Source of the DNA: a virus
Reading direction: 5' to 3' (one strand)
Virus record (IMG/VR): IMGVR_UViG_3300045988_041884
Length of the DNA stretch: 45,332 nt
In this document: positions 39,651-45,332 of the stretch, piece after piece
Numbering within the stretch: the stretch's first letter is position 1
Layout of the letters: every line of letters begins with the position of its first letter
Program-made: the position numbers and the translations under genes
Notes under the pieces: model-generated
Seen by the model: the letters and a program-made list of their open reading frames with translations, nothing else
The model's database searches: none
What the model was told of the DNA's origin: nothing

Positions 39651-40112
39651 TCACTTACCCAAAATCTCGAAGTGCGGAATCAGTGTATACGGACCGCCAA
39701 CACTGGTAATCTTAAACACGTTATCCTTATTCTCATTCATGTACTGGTAGAATCCATTCCGATAATCACCATCAGATACCGCTCCACCAGTCCACTCACC
39801 CTCCCAGAAGAATGATTCATCCGAGAATGTAATAGTGTCCTCCAGAGCGTTGTTAATCTGCTGTTTCCACTCTTTTGGCGGTACATATGGGAGAATCTTG
39901 CCATCTTTATCAGTAATAGTTATATCGCCGTTCTGAACAGTGTATCGAACGTGTAACTGTGCGTTGTCTGTTGCGTCTGGCCCGTACTTCTTTAGGATTG
40001 CTCCCTTGTCCGTAATGAGGTCAACACCAGATAAAACATGAGGATACCAGTACGCATCTCCTGTCGTGGCTGATTCGTAATAATTAAAAATCGTCACCGT
40101 TTTTTCATACAT
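39651..40112 (-). CDS. Head-closure/neck protein
   Basis: Assigned by position and size only. Confidence 0.5.
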   Translation of the reverse strand: MYEKTVTIFNYYESATTGDAYWYPHVLSGVDLITDKGAILKKYGPDATDNAQLHVRYTVQNGDITITDKDGKILPYVPPKEWKQQINNALEDTITFSDESFFWEGEWTGGAVSDGDYRNGFYQYMNENKDNVFKITSVGGPYTLIPHFEILGK

Positions 40113-40121
40113 GATACCCTC

Positions 40122-40763
40122 CTATCCTTCACATATTGCTCTTGAAAATCTGTCGTGGAATGCCTTGATTCTAACAATATTACCTTTGCATTCTTCCGGC
40201 ACTTTCCCGTAAAAGACAATGCTTTCTGGGTGTAATCGTTCAATCATAGCATTATAGCCGGAAAGAAATAGTTCTTTCTTTTTCTTGCTATTCATGCAGC
40301 CAACTGAAGATACCGCCACTGTTCCACCCTCTGGTTCTCCATCAAAACACCAATCGTAAGAATCAAGTGTACTCCATGATATTGTTGGAATAACACGGCA
40401 ACCATATTCTTGCAAATATGCACCTATCCAGTGCTTGCGGTAATGGTTGTATATCTGGATAGCTTTAGGGAAGTCGGTGTAGGTGCTGAAATCTGGTGTT
40501 AGAATGTACCGGAATTTGCTCAGCTTATCCACGTACCTGTCTGGATTTCTCCATAGTGCATCAAACTGATAATCGTCCAAAAAGAAATGAACAGCTTTCT
40601 CTTCTGGATTATTGCATTTTCCTCTGGCATAATTAAAACCGACAAATTCGCAATTGCCCTCGAATGTCTCAGGTTGTATCTGCGGTATACCATATTCACC
40701 AATGCCAGGAAAGATACGGCGGTTTAGATTTTCGTAAGCTATGCTTGTCTCTTTATTTGCCAT
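40122..40763 (-). CDS. DUF4417-like protein inserted in the structural module
   Basis: HFFLDDYQFDALWRNPDRY ... ILTPDFSTYTDFPKAIQIYNHYRKHWIGAYLQEYGCRVIPTISW matches my memory of DUF4417. Confidence 0.65.
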   Translation of the reverse strand: MANKETSIAYENLNRRIFPGIGEYGIPQIQPETFEGNCEFVGFNYARGKCNNPEEKAVHFFLDDYQFDALWRNPDRYVDKLSKFRYILTPDFSTYTDFPKAIQIYNHYRKHWIGAYLQEYGCRVIPTISWSTLDSYDWCFDGEPEGGTVAVSSVGCMNSKKKKELFLSGYNAMIERLHPESIVFYGKVPEECKGNIVRIKAFHDRFSRAICEG

Positions 40764-40766
40764 AGG

Positions 40767-41153
40767 CTATTTTCTTCGACGTCTGCGGCGGTTTACGCGG
40801 TTGACTTTTGCATCTGCTCTCGAACCACTGGACAGCGTCCTGTTCGATGCTGTTTCTCTGTCTAAGAATGTATTTGTCGCCTTACGATCAGCCTTATACG
40901 CTTTTTGATCTTTTCTCATCTCAGACGCGGAGATATTTTTCACAGTAGCACCGTTGGATACTGCTCTTTTTTTGAATTCACTCGCAGACATATTCAGCGG
41001 AGTAGGCTGTGGCGCACCACCTATTCCAATCTGATAGTAGTGCCGCCCGTTCTTGTTTGAGAAATAATACCTCGTTGTTTCACCATTTCTGATTACATCA
41101 AGTCCGCTGGTTCCGCTGGAACTTAGTCCACTACTTCCACCACGTCCACCCAT
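40767..41153 (-). CDS. Gly/Ser-rich N-terminus, poly-Arg C-terminus protein; unknown function
   Basis: Starts MGGRGGSSGLSSSGTSG and ends NRVNRRRRRRK. Confidence 0.65.
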   Translation of the reverse strand: MGGRGGSSGLSSSGTSGLDVIRNGETTRYYFSNKNGRHYYQIGIGGAPQPTPLNMSASEFKKRAVSNGATVKNISASEMRKDQKAYKADRKATNTFLDRETASNRTLSSGSRADAKVNRVNRRRRRRK

Positions 41154-41157
41154 AAAA

Positions 41158-41427
41158 TCACTCTTTCTGCACTGTCTGCTTAATAACCTGATTCACACCA
41201 GTAGCCGACAATCCGTTAAACATACCGACCGCAACTGCTGTGATATAATCCGTTGCCGGGAAATCCGGGATAACTCTCATCCCGACCGCTCCGAGAACTC
41301 CACCAGTAACCGCCATGATTACCGGAATCCATTCATCGGAGATTCTTTTTGATGCTTTACAGCCCATTCCTACGATGTAACAGATCATAACGATTGCTAC
41401 GCATGAGCCTAATGTTGAAATATCCAT
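41158..41427 (-). CDS. Holin-like three-TM protein
   Basis: MDISTLGSCVAIVMICYIVGMGCK...WIPVIMAVTGGVLGAVG...AVAVGMFNGLSATGVNQVIKQ resembles Firmicutes phage holins. Confidence 0.6.
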   Translation of the reverse strand: MDISTLGSCVAIVMICYIVGMGCKASKRISDEWIPVIMAVTGGVLGAVGMRVIPDFPATDYITAVAVGMFNGLSATGVNQVIKQTVQKE

Positions 41428-41430
41428 AGC

Positions 41431-41691
41431 TTATTCCTCCAAGTTTACATTTTCCATAACAGCCCTTGCTTCCAGAACTGCAATATAATCAGTCATGGCT
41501 TTTACCTGCATGTTATAAGTGCTTCTTGGGCATGTAGGCACAAAGGAAAGTTCTCCTTTATCCCACTTTTCAAGCATTGCTGATAACTTTTTATACCGAA
41601 TAACCACTTGCAAATATTCCGCTTTAAAGCGTTCTTTATAATCTGCACTGTTCATCATTTCAATAGTTTCTTTTAATTCCATTTTTCTCAC
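41431..41691 (-). CDS. Small helical protein of a type recurrent in Firmicutes phages; unknown function
   Basis: NSADYKERFKAEYLQVVIRYKKLSAMLEKW ... PTCPRS ... MQVKAMTDYIAVLEARA. Confidence 0.65.
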   Translation of the reverse strand: MRKMELKETIEMMNSADYKERFKAEYLQVVIRYKKLSAMLEKWDKGELSFVPTCPRSTYNMQVKAMTDYIAVLEARAVMENVNLEE

Positions 41692-41692
41692 C

Positions 41693-42067
41693 TCACATTA
41701 ATTCAAGTTCTTCAAATACCTTAAAAATCTTCGGTGACTGAATAGCAAGCCAGTCAACCATTTCCTCATTGATAGCCCAACTGTCGACACTGCTTGAATT
41801 AGATTCAAGTCCAGATTCACACAGGAAAGCATGAATAATCTCATGCCGTACAACCTGTTTTCTGTACTCTTCCATATTCTTTTTCGAACCCGGTATGTCC
41901 TGTTGTGGCTCCATGTTGTCAACAATGATCTCCCTAGTGGAAGAATCTGTATATCCGTCCATGTTTTCCAAGTTAGGATATTCTTTTAGTGTTCCAAATT
42001 TTATTGCCCATTCAGAGCCTAAGATATCTACTTTAAAATCCTGCATACAATACTGGTATCCCATCAT
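41693..42067 (-). CDS. HExxH zinc-metallopeptidase-like protein
   Basis: VVRHEIIHAFLCESGL. It overlaps the connector gene by about 35 nt, so the start is uncertain. Confidence 0.6.
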   Translation of the reverse strand: MMGYQYCMQDFKVDILGSEWAIKFGTLKEYPNLENMDGYTDSSTREIIVDNMEPQQDIPGSKKNMEEYRKQVVRHEIIHAFLCESGLESNSSSVDSWAINEEMVDWLAIQSPKIFKVFEELELM

Positions 42068-42530
42068 CTGTCCTAACTCCCATCAACAGCGGCAAAGCTG
42101 TTTTAAGGAGCAAATCAGTTGTTTTCTGTGCATCTCCAACAGCACTATATACCGCACTCCATTCCTTAGCACTCGCCCCAATCTGCTGAGGTGTCGCATA
42201 GGAAATGGATTCACTGCCAGATGATTTTGATATAATCACTCCCGCTTTGGTGCCGCCACCTGAGACATCAGAAGATGATGTTGCGCTGGCTGCTGCAATA
42301 GCGTTTTTCTCAGCAAGCTCAATCTGATACATCTGATCAGCCAGCGTACAAACAGCCTTTTTGATGCGCTTCTGCTGCCGCTCATCGGATGGTAATCCGT
42401 CTGCCAGCCGGTCAAAGGTCAAGCGATCAATAAAGTCGCTCGCTCTCTCAGACATCCGTATAAAATCAGATTTCGGCACGACATTGCCGAAAAATGATTT
42501 TTGGTAAAACTCATAATCTACATATGCCAT
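42033..42530 (-). CDS. Head-tail connector (gp6-like DNA-packaging/adaptor protein)
   Basis: MAYVDYEFYQKSFFGNVVPKSDFIRMSERASDFIDRLTFDRL, and the position after the capsid gene. Confidence 0.65.
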   Translation of the reverse strand: MAYVDYEFYQKSFFGNVVPKSDFIRMSERASDFIDRLTFDRLADGLPSDERQQKRIKKAVCTLADQMYQIELAEKNAIAAASATSSSDVSGGGTKAGVIISKSSGSESISYATPQQIGASAKEWSAVYSAVGDAQKTTDLLLKTALPLLMGVRTDDGIPVLYAGF

Positions 42531-42545
42531 GCCGGAACCTCCTCA

Positions 42546-43712
42546 TTACTGTGCGGTTACAGTCGTATGTCCTGCGTTCAGCGCCTTATATGTGCTGTCG
42601 CACTCAACTACAGTGATAACCTGTCCGTTGGCCACTGTGATATCGCTCTTGCCGTCCCACGCGCTCCAGTTCTTCACATTCTGTCCATAGTCTACGGTAG
42701 TCTCAGAGGCTGCAACTTTGTACTTGTATACATTTCCTGCGCTTGCTTTTGCCGGAGTAATAGTCACTTTTGTATCTCCACTCTTGCTTCCTGCTGCAGA
42801 ATTTACAGTCAGAGTTCCAAGTGTCTGAGTTGTGTTGATAGTTCCGACAGCAATAGCGTCGATATATTCTGCAAAGAGGGTAAGCCCCATGATTGCAAAT
42901 GCTTCGGATACTGCTGTATGGTAGTTGCCCTGAGTGTGGAATCCGATCAGGTTTGTCTCGCCAGATACGGTATATACAAGCCCTGCCCTTGCAAAGTCGG
43001 ATTCGTTCGGGTCAACATAGTAAAGAACGATGTTTTCAACAGGCGTTGCAATAACCTGTCCTCTCGGGATTTCGCTGTCAGACAGTAAGAAGATGGTATT
43101 AAAGCCCATGAAATCTTTCATATACTGGAATCCGAACTGGTTCTGAATAGAAATCTCAGCTGCTCCGATATACTCATACACATCCAGGATGTTTACAAAT
43201 CCAACAACGCCAGTCGCATTTCTGTGCATCTGCTTGAATTTGTTTTCTACGCGGCCTTTAGCCATTGCCAGAGCCATCTGAAAAGTGGTTTCTGTAAATG
43301 TGAGGGTACCTGTTTTCAGATAATCATAAAATCTTTCAGTAACATTGGTCTGAAGCTGGAAAAGGAATTCGTCATCGGTCATCTGAACAGCGTTCTCATA
43401 ACCGTGATCCTTGATCGCTTCGATAGATACAGCCTTTGCGTACTTTTCAATGGTCATTTCCGCATACTTCTTTTCTTTTACAACGAATTTGCTGTAAGGG
43501 ATTTCTTCACCCTCTGCCACTTTTCCACTCTGTAAAGTACCCTCTGCGTATTTTGATTTGAGTACAGCACCCGGCTGTTTTTTGATAGGTCTCATAATAC
43601 CCAGAATGTCACGTAAGTGCTGCCAGTTTCTTTCGAATCTGGTTACAAAATCAATCTCACGTGCTGTGACCTGAATATCATTAGTCATAATAAGATTTGT
43701 TTTTGCTGGCAT
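42546..43712 (-). CDS. Major capsid protein with a C-terminal Ig-like domain
   Basis: 388 aa directly after the scaffold gene. The C-terminal about 90 aa, LTVNSAAGSKSGDTKVTITPAKA...VITVVECDSTYKAL, looks Ig-like. Confidence 0.8.
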   Translation of the reverse strand: MPAKTNLIMTNDIQVTAREIDFVTRFERNWQHLRDILGIMRPIKKQPGAVLKSKYAEGTLQSGKVAEGEEIPYSKFVVKEKKYAEMTIEKYAKAVSIEAIKDHGYENAVQMTDDEFLFQLQTNVTERFYDYLKTGTLTFTETTFQMALAMAKGRVENKFKQMHRNATGVVGFVNILDVYEYIGAAEISIQNQFGFQYMKDFMGFNTIFLLSDSEIPRGQVIATPVENIVLYYVDPNESDFARAGLVYTVSGETNLIGFHTQGNYHTAVSEAFAIMGLTLFAEYIDAIAVGTINTTQTLGTLTVNSAAGSKSGDTKVTITPAKASAGNVYKYKVAASETTVDYGQNVKNWSAWDGKSDITVANGQVITVVECDSTYKALNAGHTTVTAQ

Positions 43713-43787
43713 AAAAAATCCTTTCTACCCATAATTGTTAAGGTATTGGGTTAGCGGCTATACTCTGGTGTATAGTCTGTGTAAAAA

Positions 43788-44423
43788 TCACTGGAATAAC
43801 TGGATATTCTGAGCGATTGCAGCCTGTCTCTCGGACGGGTCTTTGATTGCTTCGATATCTTTCTTTGTCATGCTTCCCGGTGTCTGCTGATGTCCAATCC
43901 GCGATGTTGCAAATCTCGCCTGTTGCTGCTGGGCCTGCTGCTGACTTTCATCTACAAATGTATCAGGTTCATCCTGTTTCATCTGTTCAAGCAAATCATT
44001 AAGTCCAAGAATCTTTCCGTCCTTAAGCTTAAGACCAGCTGATTTGATATCAGCAGTAACAGATCTTTTAGCTGCTGGAGACGAAAACTTAACATCATCG
44101 AGTGCCGCTTTCAGAGCATCTGAGAAATCACGGTCGTAAATTTTTGCATTGAATTCTTTCTCTGCATCTGCCGCTTTCTGCTTCCAAGTCTCTAACTCGG
44201 TCTTGACATTTGCCGGGTCGATACCGTCAAAACTTTTTAAAGTTTCTTCTGCTGTCTCAGCACGTTCTTTCCAGTCGTCGCGCTCTCCCTCGACTTTTGA
44301 CAGAGTTTTTGCTACTTCCTTTGCATTTTTGTAATTCTCAGAAAGTGCTTTCTTTACATCTGCCTGCTTATCCTCAGGGATTTCAATTCCAAATGATTTT
44401 AATGTGTCAATAAGCTTCTGCAT
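43788..44423 (-). CDS. Scaffolding protein (GP20-like)
   Basis: CAGGAGGA lies 6 nt upstream of ATG 44423. Helical, charged and Q-rich. The track's longer version runs through the tRNA-like element. Confidence 0.75.
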   Translation of the reverse strand: MQKLIDTLKSFGIEIPEDKQADVKKALSENYKNAKEVAKTLSKVEGERDDWKERAETAEETLKSFDGIDPANVKTELETWKQKAADAEKEFNAKIYDRDFSDALKAALDDVKFSSPAAKRSVTADIKSAGLKLKDGKILGLNDLLEQMKQDEPDTFVDESQQQAQQQQARFATSRIGHQQTPGSMTKKDIEAIKDPSERQAAIAQNIQLFQ

Positions 44424-44501
44424 ATATATCCTCCTGGTCGTGTTTATTGACCTGCCGCCGCAGGTAAGTGGATTAAGCCAGTTAGACCACTGGCAGGGTA
44501 A

Positions 44502-44569
44502 TCGGAATGGCAGGAATCGAACCTGCGGCACGTAGTTTATACATTGCTCTGCCACTGAGCTACATTCCA
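44502..44569 (-). tRNA. tRNA-like element: canonical acceptor, D and T arms but an anticodon arm 3-4 nt too short
   Basis: Minus strand reads TGGAATG TA GCTC AGTGGCA GAGC A ATGTATAAACTAC GTGCC GCAGG TTCGATT CCTGC CATTCCG A. The acceptor has 7 bp (U1.G72). The T arm is perfect. No 7-nt anticodon loop can be drawn. Confidence 0.5.
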
Positions 44570-44802
44570 TTAACCCGGATTCCCGGGTTAGCAAGGTGTT
44601 TAACGTGTCATGCCTGCCACGAGTTGTTTCGGGCATCCGTCCGCCCATTTACCTTTTACAAGGAGGTGCGCACTGTCTATGTGAGTGAGCAAGTCATATA
44701 GACAGTAATGGCACGTGTCGGAAATTGCATCCGCTTTTCAACCTCCAGATTCCGCCCGAATCTGTTTCTGTTAAGGACACGCACCCGTGAAAGGAGGAAT
44801 CA

Positions 44803-44856
44803 ATGAAAAAATGTCTATGTCAAGTGGCGGCAACCACTTACGAATCTTCCCTATGA
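44803..44856 (+). CDS. 17-aa plus-strand micro-ORF, antisense to the S1 transcript start (speculative)
   Basis: GAAAGGAGG lies 5 nt upstream of ATG 44803. Translation: MKKCLCQVAATTYESSL. The SD may simply be the complement of an anti-SD on the minus RNA. Confidence 0.2.
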   Translation: MKKCLCQVAATTYESSL

Positions 44857-44860
44857 ATAT

Positions 44861-44900
44861 ATTTTACCACAAAGTATCCAAAAAGTTGTGGTACATGTTT
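44861..44900 (-). promoter_or_regulatory. Copy S1 of the conserved promoter-like element (16-mer + 18 nt + TGgTAAAAT)
   Basis: Minus strand reads AAACATGTACCACAAC tttttggatactttgtgg TAAAAT, immediately after the stop at 44908. Confidence 0.65.
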
Positions 44901-44907
44901 TAACTAA

Positions 44908-45277
44908 TTAGAGCATATCCCGGAGCTTTTCCACGTATCTTTTAACAAGATCACGTTCTTCCCTGCACTCTGCATCCTTGGACATATCGCTCATTTCTGT
45001 AGTAAGCTCGTCAAGGTGTTCTTCCAATGCGGCAAGCATCTTCCTCTTGCAGTCCTCAGATTTGCCGGAACGATAGCTCTGTTTCTGCGTCATATAGTCG
45101 TCATAAGCATCTCGTCCGTCAGAACGGCTGTAATGCCCTCTGACGTAATGTTCGCCCCGTCTGGCATAAGAGCTACCTCTGTCGTAATCCGGCATCATTC
45201 TGCCATCATTTGAGCTGTATCTCCCCATGCTGTCGCGTTTTCTTCCGCGTTCGCTGTAATCGTCATTGTATCCGCCG
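44908..45277 (-). CDS. 3' part of the junction-spanning gene (see 1..188)
   Basis: Track ORF 44908..45285. R/G/Y/D/S-rich middle (GGGYNDDYSERGRKRDSMGRYSSNDGR...) followed by a helical C-terminus. Confidence 0.8.
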
Positions 45278-45332
45278 CCACGCATCTCATCAAGGACAGT
45301 GTTGTAGTACTCTACTTTCTTATCCCAGTACT
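45278..45332. repeat. Second copy of the 55-bp terminal repeat
   Basis: Identical to bases 1-55. Confidence 0.95.

Noticed and set aside
44502-44569. Assigning an anticodon (for example AAA/Phe or a suppressor) to the tRNA-like element
   Set aside because: Every way of drawing the anticodon arm violates the 5-bp stem/7-nt loop rule, so any anticodon call would be arbitrary.
44424-44648. N-terminal 75-codon extension of the scaffold ORF given in the track (43788..44648)
   Set aside because: The extension reads straight through the tRNA-like element and several hairpins and has only a weak RBS. ATG 44423 has CAGGAGGA at ideal spacing, and the sequence from there (MQKLIDTLKSFGIEIPEDK...) looks like a scaffold protein.
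1-45332. CRISPR array, reverse transcriptase/DGR or retron, rRNA
   Set aside because: No regularly spaced direct repeats with unique spacers were seen. No RT motifs (YxDD) appear in any ORF. The fibre repeats are protein modules, not a template/variable-repeat pair with A-specific differences.

Overview
The window is a complete, circularly closed temperate siphovirus-type phage genome. Bases 1-55 are identical to 45278-45332, so the unique length is 45,277 bp, and one gene reads in frame across the join. Translation signals are Firmicutes/Clostridia-like: GGAGG-type RBSs and many ATGA or 4-nt start/stop overlaps. Nearly everything is on the minus strand.

Layout in minus-strand transcription order:
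- Immunity switch at 23.5 kb: XRE repressor on plus, three TTGTT-N4-AACAA operators and two divergent sigma-A-like promoters.
- Early genes, 23.49 to 9.96 kb: many micro-ORFs, an Xis-like HTH, a P-loop ATPase, a free-standing HNH, a DUF669-like protein, an ERCC4-like nuclease, a CHC2 zinc-finger protein, a DUF927-type helicase, an iteron/AT-rich origin at 15.3-15.6 kb, a winged-helix protein, a frameshifted DPPH methyltransferase, a DUF551-like protein and Cys-rich small proteins.
- Packaging and head genes, 9.82 to 2.86 kb: a fused small+large terminase, the portal, an AT-rich beta-helix gene and a MuF-like protein.
- An unusual ~3.3-kb insertion that runs across the contig junction. It holds a sigma-r4/LuxR-type HTH and low-complexity Q/N/M/Cys-rich proteins.
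- A structured leader containing a tRNA-like element, then scaffold, major capsid and connector.
- A second accessory island at 42.07-40.12 kb: an HExxH protein, a holin-like protein and a DUF4417-like protein.
- Neck, major tail, chaperones, tape measure, a 1409-aa collagen-repeat tail fibre with an S74-type C-terminus, and a three-domain GH25 endolysin.

The plus-strand lysogeny module at 23.6-27.2 kb carries the repressor, an orphan REC-LytTR regulator, a zinc-ribbon/TM/OB-fold membrane protein and a tyrosine integrase.

Most notable signals:
- A 16-bp element (AAACATGTACCACAAC) occurs three times, each exactly 18 bp upstream of an extended -10.
- The head-module insertion is of unknown function.
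- The tRNA-like element has a truncated anticodon arm.
- A REC-LytTR regulator plus membrane protein pair sits in the lysogeny module.
- Two genes are each broken by what looks like one missing A in a homopolymer.

All functional calls rest on motifs I recognise by eye and on gene order. No database search or folding program was run.
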